Shown here: piece by piece, positions 29,676 through 39,382 of the stretch
How the letters are laid out: each line of letters opens with the position of its first letter
Numbering within the stretch: the stretch's first letter is position 1
Source: an uncultured Armatimonadetes bacterium
Lineage (GTDB): Bacteria; Armatimonadota; UBA5829; DTJY01
DNA: 64,000 bases
Direction: 5' to 3'
Assembly (NCBI GenBank): GCA_963717145.1
Contig: OY970325.1
Span: 1,184,001-1,248,000 of the forward strand
The notes under the pieces: generated by a model
What the model saw: the letters and a program-made list of their open reading frames with translations, nothing else
What the model was told of the DNA's origin: nothing
The model's database searches: none
Position numbers and translations under genes: made by a program

Positions 29676-31013
29676 CTATCGGAGGCGGAAGCGGAGTTTG
29701 CTGAGGAAACCTGGGATGCGACGAGCCGACTCGCACACCGCAACGGCCACCACCAGTTCCATGAATACCGACGGGACGTACTGCGTGTGAGCCAGGGTCT
29801 GAGCAGCCATGAAGGCCGGCGCTACCGAGATCACACACATGCTGAAACCGAGCAGTGCAGTCGGCCAGTCATGCCTGGCATTCCATGCAATCAACAGCCA
29901 GACGGTGTACGCACAGATGATCACCAGCCTGCATTGCAGCAGGAAACACTGTCCCATCGAAATGTCCCACCGAGACCGCAGAAACAACACGTCAGCACCG
30001 ATTCCCACGATGAAAGGAAGCAGGAGGATGAGGAACCTCGGCAGCAGACGCATCCGTTGAGTTGCCACGATGGCGACCGCAGCGAGAGTAGCGATCACGG
30101 ACGGGATGGGATCGATCATGAAGAAGCTCGAGAGGACGGGCCCGCCGAGATAGAGGAACATCCGCCAGAACCACGCCTCATTGTTACCTATGCGGTAGCC
30201 GATGCCGACCGCCAACAGGTGGATCACTATCAGCGCCGCCAACACGCCTGTCCACATGAGGATCGCTGTACGGTTCCGTCTCACCGACTCGCGGAGATAG
30301 TCGAACCTCGACGGCACGGCGAGTTGGCCTCTGTGACGGTAAGACAGCAGCAGCAGTGCCAGCGGCCACACAGTGAAGCCGATCTCCTTGAAACAGACGC
30401 TTACCACAGCAACCACCAGGCTCGATGCCCATCTGCCTCTCAGCAGCAGGATAAGGCTGATCATCATGGCGATTCCGGCGAGTGGATCGGGTATGTTCTT
30501 CGGGTCGCGCAGCAGTTCGAAAACGGGTTTCAACTCACCGAAAACCTCCGAGACGGGCCACGGCCTGAATCCCGCAAACAGCCACAATACCGTCATGACC
30601 AGCCAGAAGCGTTTGGTCAGCCGCCACAAGAAGAGGCCGGCGACGGATATGAAGCCGAGGTGCAATACGATGAGAATGATCTGGCGGGGAAGCATATAGT
30701 CCGGCGGCCAGATTAGTTTCATGCCCCAGAAGACGTAGGATGTGAGGGGCCTCCAGAACGGTACCTCTCCACACCACGTGTCTGTCCACCAGCTAAGTGT
30801 ATCGGAGAAGCTATGGATTCGGCTGAGCCCCCGGTCGAGGTACATCCAGTCGACGCCTCTATATGCCACTACCGGGTGATCCACATAGGGCTGGAGCATT
30901 GACCAGGCGCTTATCAGGATGCTGACTGCGACAATGAGCAGGACGACAACTCTGACCACTCTGCTGCTTCCCAGGCGTTCTATCCACTCCGACAGCCGAT
31001 TGCCCGACGCCAT
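29676..31013 (-). CDS. polytopic membrane protein, possible GT-C glycosyltransferase
   Basis: Many hydrophobic helices; FWRPL and CFKE motifs typical of GT-C-like proteins. Confidence 0.6.
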   Translation of the reverse strand: MASGNRLSEWIERLGSSRVVRVVVLLIVAVSILISAWSMLQPYVDHPVVAYRGVDWMYLDRGLSRIHSFSDTLSWWTDTWCGEVPFWRPLTSYVFWGMKLIWPPDYMLPRQIILIVLHLGFISVAGLFLWRLTKRFWLVMTVLWLFAGFRPWPVSEVFGELKPVFELLRDPKNIPDPLAGIAMMISLILLLRGRWASSLVVAVVSVCFKEIGFTVWPLALLLLSYRHRGQLAVPSRFDYLRESVRRNRTAILMWTGVLAALIVIHLLAVGIGYRIGNNEAWFWRMFLYLGGPVLSSFFMIDPIPSVIATLAAVAIVATQRMRLLPRFLILLLPFIVGIGADVLFLRSRWDISMGQCFLLQCRLVIICAYTVWLLIAWNARHDWPTALLGFSMCVISVAPAFMAAQTLAHTQYVPSVFMELVVAVAVCESARRIPGFLSKLRFRLR

Positions 31014-31017
31014 AATC

Positions 31018-32151
31018 CTACATCCTGACCGAGTAGCCTTCCAATTTGCTCTCGTCGATCTCCACCCCGATGCCCGGGGAATCGCTGAGACGAACGACGG
31101 CTCCATCTATGGATACGCCACTTGCGACCGGATCGTCTGCGAGGAACTGCGGACCATTGAGGTCAACCGGTATCTCGACGCCGTACGCGGCGTAGAGGTG
31201 TGCGCTTGCCGCCAATCCGAGGCGGGTCTCCGTCAGCCCGCTGCCAAGCAGCCAGATGCCCGAATCGAGTGCCCGCTCGATGCACTTCCGCGCGCCGGTC
31301 AGCCCGGCCATCTTCGACACCTTGATCACCAGGGCGTTGAGCGCCTTCAGTCGGATAAGCTGATCCAGGTCGCCGACCGAGAAGACGCTCTCATCGACGG
31401 CGATCGGGACAGCCGAGCGACTCACCAACTCCGCCAGGCCGAGGAAGTCGTTCGCGGCCACCGGCTGCTCGAGGACATCCGCGCCGATCTCCGCCATCTT
31501 CCGGCTCAGCTCTACCGCATCCTCGACCGAATACGCCTGGTTCGCGTCGGCCCAGAGATAGCATCCCTCCGCGGCCGACTTCACCGCGCGCAGGATGTCC
31601 ACGTCCAGCGACGGCTGCATCCCGATCTTGACCTTGAAGCCCTCGTAACCCGCGGCACGAGCATCAGCGGTGACCTTCTCGGCCTTCGCCGGGCTGTCCA
31701 CACTGACGAGGTAGCTCAGACGAACCCGCCCGGGATCGCCCTGCTTGAGGAACGAATGCAGGGGCATCCCGACGCGCTTCGCATTCAGATCCATGAGCGC
31801 CATGTCGATGCCCGACTTGGCGACCGGCTGGCCGACAGTGATCCCCGGAGCGATCTCCCGCTCCATGACCGCATGGACCGCCTCAATGTCGGTCGCGTCT
31901 ATGCCGATGAGCGCCGGAGCCAGGTAGTTGCGGATCGTAGTGACGACTGATTCCTGGGTCTCGTAGCTCCATCGAGGGCTCGGGCGCGATTCGCCCCAGC
32001 CGATGTCGCCGGAATCGGTGGTGATCCGGATGTACACGTGTGGAGCACCGGCAGCCGGTCCGCCGACCGAGCCTCGCGATATCTTGAACTCGGTGAGGAA
32101 CGGAAGCTTCAGAGGGAAGACGTCGATCGCTGCGATGTGGGGATTGCTCAT
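31018..32151 (-). CDS. mandelate racemase/muconate lactonizing enzyme family (enolase superfamily)
   Basis: GWGE, IDMALMD, FKVKIG, DANQ, EQP, DES, KVSKMAG. Confidence 0.92.
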   Translation of the reverse strand: MSNPHIAAIDVFPLKLPFLTEFKISRGSVGGPAAGAPHVYIRITTDSGDIGWGESRPSPRWSYETQESVVTTIRNYLAPALIGIDATDIEAVHAVMEREIAPGITVGQPVAKSGIDMALMDLNAKRVGMPLHSFLKQGDPGRVRLSYLVSVDSPAKAEKVTADARAAGYEGFKVKIGMQPSLDVDILRAVKSAAEGCYLWADANQAYSVEDAVELSRKMAEIGADVLEQPVAANDFLGLAELVSRSAVPIAVDESVFSVGDLDQLIRLKALNALVIKVSKMAGLTGARKCIERALDSGIWLLGSGLTETRLGLAASAHLYAAYGVEIPVDLNGPQFLADDPVASGVSIDGAVVRLSDSPGIGVEIDESKLEGYSVRM

Positions 32152-32168
32152 GTCTTGGAACTACCTCC

Positions 32169-32259
32169 GGGACCGTGAAATGTAGTGGCCGCGCCTCCGT
32201 GCCGGCCTTGCCACCGCCATGGCCGGCACGGAGGCGCGGCCACTACATTTCACGGTCCC
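32169..32259. repeat. GTAG-type REP doublet with extended arms
   Basis: 39-bp perfect inverted arms; same family as 24888. Confidence 0.9.
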
Positions 32260-32283
32260 ATGGTTCGCTAATCGCCGGACGAG

Positions 32284-32313
32284 TTGCGGTCCGGCCGGGG
32301 ATTCTGATATAAT
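32284..32313 (+). promoter_or_regulatory. candidate promoter with extended -10 (TGaTATAAT)
   Basis: TTGCGG-18-TATAAT upstream of the FmdB-like gene. Confidence 0.6.
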
Positions 32314-32357
32314 GTGAACAGTGAGCAATGCTCACGGAGTCTTTACGAGGATATAGA

Positions 32358-32660
32358 ATGCCAACCTACGGATACCGCTGCACCGCATGTGACCATCAGT
32401 TCGAATGCTTTCAGAAGATCACCGACGAGCCGCTTACCGAATGCCCCGAGTGCAAAGGAAAGATCAAGAAGATGCTCTATCCGGTTGGGATAGTCTTCAA
32501 GGGCTCAGGTTTCCACATCAACGACTACAAGAGATCTGATACCAAGAGCGGCGGGAATGGCTCCGAGCCCAAAACCAAGGCCGAAAGCACCAAGGAAACC
32601 GTCGAGTCGACCATTACTAGGACAGACTCGGGTACTAAGGCAGATCCAAGTTCTCCGTAA
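32358..32660 (+). CDS. FmdB family zinc-ribbon protein
   Basis: MPTYGYRC..C...CPEC...GIVFKGSGFH. Confidence 0.92.
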   Translation: MPTYGYRCTACDHQFECFQKITDEPLTECPECKGKIKKMLYPVGIVFKGSGFHINDYKRSDTKSGGNGSEPKTKAESTKETVESTITRTDSGTKADPSSP

Positions 32661-34035
32661 CGAATGATTGAGGCACCATCGTCCGACCCGACTGCAGGGA
32701 CGCCGGCCTTTCCATCGTGACCTCGGTATCGTTCACTTCCGCCCGCACGCTGCCGATCCACACTCGGACCTCAGTCCCGGGAGCCCACGCATGTACCGCG
32801 TGCTTCCTGACATCCCACCCGAGCCTGCCACCAGCCGCATCGAACACCGATCTCAGCGACACCATGGCCGCGCCATCCGTTCCCGCCGGGATCCGCAGCT
32901 TCTGGCCGATCCTGATGAGGCTCGGATCCCGGAGGCCGTTCTCTTCCACCAGTGCATCGACGGTCGTGTCGTAGCGGCGGGCAATCGTCCAGAGAGCGTC
33001 ACCCGACCGAACGACGTAGATCGTTTCGGCAGGCTCAGCCTCAGGCATCGATGTAGTCTGAGGTTCCCTCGGTTCGTCGATCCTGGCAGAGGCAACCTCA
33101 GGCTCGGCGGCGAGGTAGACCTCGGTCGGGCCCGATACCAATACCGCCACCTCGGGCTCTGGTGCGGGCATCGGGGGCAAGGTCTGCAACCGGGTAGGCG
33201 GAACAGCCCGCGTCACCTCGAAAGACTCTGCACCGGGGGCATTCATCCTCGCGGATTCGGTCGTCTGTGGAAGCTCTATCGACGTCTCGCCGGTCTTGAT
33301 CTCCGATGAGGGGACAGACACCTCTTCGGCGTGCATCGGAATGGCACTGGTCGGATTTCGGACAAAGACGCGCACCGGCGGCGTCACCGTCCGATTCTCC
33401 GCCTCATCGAGCGCGGAAATATGTATCTCGTGCGGGCCGTTCTCTGCCTGAGTGCTGTCCCAAATGTATCTGAACGGTTCGCGATTCGTGATGGATTTCA
33501 GCGATTTGTCCACGAAGACCGAGATGAACGGAGTCTTGCCGCTGTCGTCCTTCCCCTGGATGACAACGGGTACTTTGCCGGAGACGGTTTCGCCTTCGGT
33601 CGGACTTTCGATCTTGACGTGAGGCGGCTTCATATCTCTTACGGGCGGCTCGATCCCCTGATCGACGATCCCGTTGTTCGCGACTGTTACGACGCTGGTC
33701 GCCATGCCGAGGAAGACCTTCCCGGAATAGACCTGCGCGTCCAATCGATGCTGACCGTCCGCCGTGCGCACGGTATCCCACAGGAACCCGCATTCACCGC
33801 CGGCGATGGCCGATCCATACGTGCGCTCCGTGACGACCTGGCCGTCGAGACTGATCTGCACTCTGGACACAGGCTGTTTCGCGCTTGCTGTGAATGAGAC
33901 CGATATCTCGACCTCACTGCCGGTGATGAGGGCCCCATTCTTTGGGGATACGATGGTCACGCCCGAAGCGGCCGAGACCAGACTCGTCACCGTGAGGAGT
34001 AGAATCATTGCTGCCCAGGGGAATGGATTGCGCAT
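32635..34035 (-). CDS. secreted Ig-like + LysM + stalk (copper amine oxidase N-terminal-like) domain protein
   Basis: Two WDT/WDS Ig-like repeats; YVVRSGDALWTIA...IRIGQKLRIP LysM; GRTMVP stalk motif. Confidence 0.85.
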   Translation of the reverse strand: MRNPFPWAAMILLLTVTSLVSAASGVTIVSPKNGALITGSEVEISVSFTASAKQPVSRVQISLDGQVVTERTYGSAIAGGECGFLWDTVRTADGQHRLDAQVYSGKVFLGMATSVVTVANNGIVDQGIEPPVRDMKPPHVKIESPTEGETVSGKVPVVIQGKDDSGKTPFISVFVDKSLKSITNREPFRYIWDSTQAENGPHEIHISALDEAENRTVTPPVRVFVRNPTSAIPMHAEEVSVPSSEIKTGETSIELPQTTESARMNAPGAESFEVTRAVPPTRLQTLPPMPAPEPEVAVLVSGPTEVYLAAEPEVASARIDEPREPQTTSMPEAEPAETIYVVRSGDALWTIARRYDTTVDALVEENGLRDPSLIRIGQKLRIPAGTDGAAMVSLRSVFDAAGGRLGWDVRKHAVHAWAPGTEVRVWIGSVRAEVNDTEVTMERPASLQSGRTMVPQSFVTENLDLP

Positions 34036-34137
34036 TTGTGTCCACCTCGCTCATTGGTATATGAACCACTTAGCTAGCGCACAAACTGTACCATACACCT
34101 CGTGCAAAGTCAACAGCAGAGCAAACCAGTTTTCGGG

Positions 34138-34231
34138 CCTTCGGAGTGCGGTGGGTTGACACCGCTTTGCCGGGGTAACGGACGAAATCCGACGTCGCAC
34201 AGGGCGGTGTCAAGCCACCGCACTCCGAAGG
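34138..34231. repeat. REP-like palindrome (GGAGTGCGGTGGCTCGACACCGC family)
   Basis: Inverted arms; relatives near 17404, 36134, 40744, 41410 and 62111. Confidence 0.88.
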
Positions 34232-34236
34232 GACAG

Positions 34237-34971
34237 TCACTCGGCACTGATGATTCCGCCCATGACCTGCTCGATCGTCTTCTGACCCGGACGCACGATC
34301 AGGAACTCGTCCTCGTCCCAGTTGCCGCCGAACAGAATGTCTATCAGGCGCGTATCACCCTGAAGTTCCTCATACTCCCAAGCGTTGCTCTCCGCCACGC
34401 CCTGAGTGAACCGCCGATAGGTCTCGATGTCGCCGATACCCGTGTCTATCAGTGCCGCGCGGCTGTAGTTAGCGAGCCAGAGACCCTCCTGCTCGATCAG
34501 ATACTTTGCGTTGTCCTCGCCGAACTTCTCGACATACTCCAGGTACCGCTCCTCGGCTTGCGTCTCCTTCAACGGCTTCAGTGTCCCCTGGGACAGATCG
34601 CCGTCCATGCGCTCGATCCATCCCGCACTGTAGTAGTACGTCCCCGGACGTTCGTTGAACTCGCGGTCGTACCGCTCGCGGCTCCCGAGGAACAGGGTGA
34701 TGCAATCGTGCGCGCGCGGAATGACGATCGGGGTGTCACGTGCGACCAGGTCGGCCGTGCCCCGACTGCAGAGCCCGTAGCCGAGGATGATGTAGTCGAA
34801 CCGGCCGTCGGATGCCGCGTCTATTTCGGCCTGAATGCGTGTCCGCAGTTCATCCGGCGTGCTGTGGAGACCCGACGGCAGGAACACGAGGTGGACGATG
34901 TTCGGCGAATAAGCGGCGGCTCTGGCGGCTTCGCGGGCAAGTATTTCACAGCAGATCGCGCAGATCCTCAA
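34237..34971 (-). CDS. DUF1638 domain-containing protein
   Basis: GLHSTPD.LR, ILGYGLCSRG, PRAHDCITLFLGS, GTYYYSAGW; TTG overlaps the upstream stop. Confidence 0.85.
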   Translation of the reverse strand: MRICAICCEILAREAARAAAYSPNIVHLVFLPSGLHSTPDELRTRIQAEIDAASDGRFDYIILGYGLCSRGTADLVARDTPIVIPRAHDCITLFLGSRERYDREFNERPGTYYYSAGWIERMDGDLSQGTLKPLKETQAEERYLEYVEKFGEDNAKYLIEQEGLWLANYSRAALIDTGIGDIETYRRFTQGVAESNAWEYEELQGDTRLIDILFGGNWDEDEFLIVRPGQKTIEQVMGGIISAE

Positions 34972-36083
34972 CTTCTCAACTCCTCGATGATCGCGGCGAC
35001 TTCCTTGAGCTGCTCGATGATCGGTATGTGGTTCGGGCACTTGGTCTCACACTCGCCGCATTCCGTGCAGGCCCACGGTCCCTGCCCCGGCTCGATCCTG
35101 TTCGCACTCCGCTGAGCCCATTCCTTCATGCCGAAAACCTTGTAGTAGTTGCGCATTCGGAAGAGTCGCGGAATCTTGACCTCGCTCGGGCATGGCTGGC
35201 AGTAGTCGCAGCCGGTACAGAACTGCTGACCGAGAACAGCATATTCATCGAGCGCCCGAACCGCTGATGCGCGCTCCTCGGCGGTCATGGGGACGAAGCT
35301 CTCCATCGCGGCGACGTTCTGCTCGACCTCGGTGAGGGAAGTCATCCCGGACGGCGCGGTAGTGATTCCGGGGTTGGAGAGCACAAACGCCAGTGCGGAG
35401 GCGGCCATGCTCGGCTGCTGGCCGGGGAGAAGCTCCCGCAGAACGTCTGACGGGGTGGCGAGCAGCCCGCCGGCGATGGGAGTCATGCAGACGACGCCCA
35501 TCCCGCGTTTGGCCGCATAATCGATCACCGGCTCGACGGTCCGCTTGAGCATGTGGTAGCTGAGGGTGCAGCTCTCGAACCGGCCGGTGTCTATGAGCCT
35601 GATCAGTTCGTCGTTCGATTCATGGGAAGTGAAGCCGATGTGGCCGATCAGTCCTTCGCCCTTCAGCTTCTCGAGCAGATCGAGCGCCCCACCCTTCTTC
35701 GTGACCGCGTCGAACGCATCGGCCTTGTAGTCCCAGACCTGGTAGAAATCAAAATGGTCGATTCCGAGCTTCTTGAGCGACCCCTCGATCGCGCGCATGG
35801 TGTCGTCCTGAGTCGTCGCCGGCTCGATCTTGCTCTTCGTGGAGACATAGATCTCATCGCGCCGACCCTTGATGCCCAGGCCGACCTTGATCTCACTGCG
35901 GTTGTCGCAGTACCATTCCGATGTCTCCATGTAGTTGATCCCGAGATCGATCGCGCGGCTCACTACCGCCCCGCCCTCCTCATCGTTCTCGGGCAGGCGC
36001 ATGCATCCGAGACTCAGAATCGATAGATCCTTCCCGGTCTGGCCAAGCGTTCTGTACTGCAAGTCGGTGTTCCCCTTTCCCAT
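34968..36083 (-). CDS. aldo/keto reductase with C-terminal 4Fe-4S dicluster
   Basis: LSLGCMRLP, STK, IGFTSH; CTGCDYCQPCP and CTECGECETKCP. Confidence 0.92.
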   Translation of the reverse strand: MGKGNTDLQYRTLGQTGKDLSILSLGCMRLPENDEEGGAVVSRAIDLGINYMETSEWYCDNRSEIKVGLGIKGRRDEIYVSTKSKIEPATTQDDTMRAIEGSLKKLGIDHFDFYQVWDYKADAFDAVTKKGGALDLLEKLKGEGLIGHIGFTSHESNDELIRLIDTGRFESCTLSYHMLKRTVEPVIDYAAKRGMGVVCMTPIAGGLLATPSDVLRELLPGQQPSMAASALAFVLSNPGITTAPSGMTSLTEVEQNVAAMESFVPMTAEERASAVRALDEYAVLGQQFCTGCDYCQPCPSEVKIPRLFRMRNYYKVFGMKEWAQRSANRIEPGQGPWACTECGECETKCPNHIPIIEQLKEVAAIIEELRS

Positions 36084-36097
36084 GCTCCAGCACGCTC

Positions 36098-36126
36098 ATT
36101 ATACCGCCCGACCGCTCGTGGGGCAA
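36098..36126 (-). promoter_or_regulatory. candidate sigma70 promoter TTGCCC-17-TATAAT
   Basis: Directly upstream of the aldo/keto reductase. Confidence 0.6.
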
Positions 36127-36237
36127 CCCCACTTTGGAGTGCGGTGGCTCGACACAAACAAACAGGCAGAAGGTCCCCGGCCTTCTGCCTGCTTCGTGTC
36201 GCTCGCGGCTCGGACGCCGCTCTGCTGTATGTCTGGC

Positions 36238-36735
36238 CTAGCTCAGCAACCTCTTGGTCAACACGAGGTGCGTGCCCTTCGGCACGTCCAGAAACTCGAC
36301 GTTGTCCATCAGGTTTTTCATCAGCCTGATGCCGAAACCCCTGTTTCGCCGCCTGCATCTGCGGGTGTTGACGGGCAGGCAGACTCCCGGTCCGTGATCG
36401 ATGACCTCGATCCGCAGGCCATCCTCAGCCTTTGTGAGGATAACCTTGATTGAATCTGCCTTTCCACCGGGTGAACCGTGCTCCATGGCGTTTGCGACGG
36501 CCTCACCTACCGCCAGCTTCACACCATCGACGACTTCACAAGTCAATCCCAAGTCGCCGCATACATCCGCCGAAACCGCGCGGACGAGCGATAGATAGCG
36601 CGGATCGCTTTTCAGCGTCAGCTCGATCTTTGCTTCCAGGGGCATATCGGTTGCCGAACGCATCTCCGGCAGGAGCATCCGATCAGCCAGTGTATCAGCA
36701 CGCTTCTGCTGTCTCACGCATCTTTCCATTACCAT
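36238..36735 (-). CDS. anti-sigma factor-type serine kinase (RsbW/SpoIIAB-like HATPase)
   Basis: LAVGEAVANAMEHG, DHGPG, RGFGIRLMKNLMD, GT. Confidence 0.88.
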   Translation of the reverse strand: MVMERCVRQQKRADTLADRMLLPEMRSATDMPLEAKIELTLKSDPRYLSLVRAVSADVCGDLGLTCEVVDGVKLAVGEAVANAMEHGSPGGKADSIKVILTKAEDGLRIEVIDHGPGVCLPVNTRRCRRRNRGFGIRLMKNLMDNVEFLDVPKGTHLVLTKRLLS

Positions 36736-36883
36736 TGGGTCGCACCCCCTTCTCTAACGACTAATTCTGCGAAAGGCTGAGAGAGCCTCGCAGGTGCGCC
36801 GCAAACGGTAACCGGGATGAGAACAAGCTCATCCGTATTGGACGGTTACCCTACTGACCAAGGCAGTCGGTGACCGAGTGAAC

Positions 36884-37417
36884 TCAGTGCTGGTAAGTAG
36901 CACTCAATCGGCCCAGTTCGACCGCCTCACGGATGATCTGGTGGGCGGACTCGATTCCGAGCCGGCCGATGATCTCCGTGCTGTCGCATTCAGATTGTCG
37001 AACATCAGTAAGAAACTGGTGAATATCACGCAACGCATGTTCCGGCAAGTCTTCGAGCCTTGCCACTTGGCAATAACGCGGATCCGCGCCGGCCACAGCG
37101 ATGATCTTTCGATCTTCGCCCGTCTCGTCGCGCAGATGAAGCGCTCCGATCGGCCTTGCGCTGATCACGCAGCCAGGAAATGTGGGGTGACTTACGAACA
37201 CGAGTATGTCCAAGGGGTCGCCATCCTTGGACAGTGTGCCAGGAATCCAACCGTAGTCCGTGGGGCAACAGAGTGGTGAGGCAAACACCCGATCCAGCAC
37301 AAAACTATCTAATGCAGCGTTGTACACATAGCTGTTCGCGCTGCCTTGTGGTATCTCTATGACGGCGTTTACGATCGCCGGGTACTCATCGCCGATCGGC
37401 AGATCGTGGTATTTCAT
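36884..37417 (-). CDS. ppa: family I inorganic pyrophosphatase homolog (divergent)
   Basis: VIEIP, LDRV, YGWIPGTL, DGDPLD, EDRKIIAV. Confidence 0.8.
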   Translation of the reverse strand: MKYHDLPIGDEYPAIVNAVIEIPQGSANSYVYNAALDSFVLDRVFASPLCCPTDYGWIPGTLSKDGDPLDILVFVSHPTFPGCVISARPIGALHLRDETGEDRKIIAVAGADPRYCQVARLEDLPEHALRDIHQFLTDVRQSECDSTEIIGRLGIESAHQIIREAVELGRLSATYQH

Positions 37418-37603
37418 GGCCGCACACCTCCCTTGGGCCGGTGTTACTGTCGGCTACATGTACTACCGTAACGCCCCCGTGTTTCTAGTCACCTTTTACC
37501 CAACAGGCTCATCTGCTCAAACGCTGATAAACTTACCAGTTTCACGGATTGTCAAGGTTCGTTCACATATTAGACGCCGCGCCGACACATGGAGTTCCGC
37601 ATT

Positions 37604-38923
37604 TCACAGGCTTGGAACCTCACCGACGACGTAGAACGAACCGCTGACAAGAATCAGGTCGCGAGGGCCGGCTATTCCGAGCGCGCGGTGCACCGCTTCT
37701 GCAACCGGCTGAACGATCTCGATCTCGTGGACATGTCCCTCGGCTGCTTCTGCGATCGACTGCGCCGGCATCGCGCGTGGGGTCGAGGCGGCGGTGGCGA
37801 TGAGGATGTCGGCGAGAGGGGCCAGTACGCCGACGACGTCCCCGATCGAATGGCCCTGCACCATGCCCATGACGAGGATCAGCCTGCCGTACTCGAACTC
37901 GGCCCTGATTGTGGCGGCAAGCGTCGAGGCGGCGGCGAGGTTGTGTGCGCCGTCAAGGACGACCGTGGGATCCCTGCGAACGACCTCGAGTCGCCCGGGC
38001 ATGTAGGCATCTCTGAGGCCGGATCGGACAGCCTCCTCCGGCACGTCCACTCCTTGCGAGATCAGGGCTTCGATAGCCCCGACGGCGGTTGCGGCATTGG
38101 AATACTGGAACTCGCCCCTCATTCCCACCTCTAGACCCTCATGGCCGTCGACAGTCAGAGTCGGCATGCGATCGGGAGGCAGCGGATGGCCGACGGATGC
38201 GCTATCACCGGGTTCGACACTTCGAATCTCGAAGCGGGCGCCGGTGTCGTCAGTCGGAACAACGTGCCACAGAGCCGAATTCCGCTCCTCGCATACCTTG
38301 CGAATGACTGTGAAGGCATCGGGATCGGTCACGGCGGTGACGAGGTGGCCATTCGGCTTGACGATACCGGCTTTCTCGAATGCGATCTCGGCGACCGTCG
38401 TGCCGAGCCTGTCCGTGTGATCGAGACCGATGCTTGTGATGACGCTGACCATCGGCGTCACGATGTTAGTGGCATCGAGGCGTCCTCCCAGGCCGACCTC
38501 CAGGACCGCGAAGTCGACCTCCTGCTCGACGTAGTACAGGAAACCGAGCGCGGTCTTGAACTCGAATTCGGTGGGGTGGCCGAATTCAGTCGCGGCGAGC
38601 GCCTCGGCACATGAGATCATGGATTCGAGCAGGCGGACGAAATCGTCCTTCGGGATCATGCAGCCATTGACCTGCACGCGCTCCCGGATGTCGTGGACGT
38701 AGGGGGAGACGTACATACCGACTTTGTACCCGGTGGCCTGGAGGATGTTCGCGATCATGGCAGCCGTCGATCCCTTGCCGTTTGTGCCGGCGATGTGGAC
38801 CGACTTGAACCTGTCCTGCGGGTCGCCGAGCCGCTTACAGAACTCGGTGAACCGCTCCAGACCCGGCTGCCAACCCAGCGTCGTCAGCCAGTCCATGTAC
38901 GCCAGGGCTTCTTCGTAGGTCAT
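37604..38923 (-). CDS. folC: folylpolyglutamate/dihydrofolate synthase
   Basis: HIAGTNGKGST, EVGLGGRLDATN, DHTDRLG, EKAGI, LDGAHN, SGSFY. Confidence 0.96.
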   Translation of the reverse strand: MTYEEALAYMDWLTTLGWQPGLERFTEFCKRLGDPQDRFKSVHIAGTNGKGSTAAMIANILQATGYKVGMYVSPYVHDIRERVQVNGCMIPKDDFVRLLESMISCAEALAATEFGHPTEFEFKTALGFLYYVEQEVDFAVLEVGLGGRLDATNIVTPMVSVITSIGLDHTDRLGTTVAEIAFEKAGIVKPNGHLVTAVTDPDAFTVIRKVCEERNSALWHVVPTDDTGARFEIRSVEPGDSASVGHPLPPDRMPTLTVDGHEGLEVGMRGEFQYSNAATAVGAIEALISQGVDVPEEAVRSGLRDAYMPGRLEVVRRDPTVVLDGAHNLAAASTLAATIRAEFEYGRLILVMGMVQGHSIGDVVGVLAPLADILIATAASTPRAMPAQSIAEAAEGHVHEIEIVQPVAEAVHRALGIAGPRDLILVSGSFYVVGEVPSL

Positions 38924-39369
38924 TCCGTGATGATCCGGTACGCCTCTTCGGCGGCGAAGGCGACGAGTTTCGTGCAGAGGCCGGCGTGCATTTTCTCCGA
39001 CTGGAAGCGCGCCTGGCCCTCGGGCGTCAGGAGATCACACCCCGTGAGCGTTCGGCACCCCACTGAGCCGTATTCGATCTCGAAGGCGCGCATCAAGCGC
39101 ACCACTTTCGCGTACACTTCGCCCCTTGTCGCAGTGTCATCGGCGCTCTCCCGACCTGACTTGAGTCCCAATGCCATCATCGCGCCTGTGATCGCTCCGC
39201 AGACCTCGCCATACCTGCCCATGCCTCCGCCGAACGGTGTGGCGATCTTCGGCACGCATTCGGACTCGATGCCGAGCGCCTCGGTCACTCCAAGCAGGAC
39301 CGACTCCGCGCAATTGAACCCATTGCCGAAATGATCTACCGCAATCTTTGATGCCTTCTCTGCCGACAT
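38920..39369 (-). CDS. C-GCAxxG-C-C family redox protein
   Basis: NCAESVL, FGGGMG...CGAITG, further C...C; GGAGAGG RBS. Confidence 0.88.
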   Translation of the reverse strand: MSAEKASKIAVDHFGNGFNCAESVLLGVTEALGIESECVPKIATPFGGGMGRYGEVCGAITGAMMALGLKSGRESADDTATRGEVYAKVVRLMRAFEIEYGSVGCRTLTGCDLLTPEGQARFQSEKMHAGLCTKLVAFAAEEAYRIITE

Positions 39370-39382
39370 GCCTCTCCTCCGT

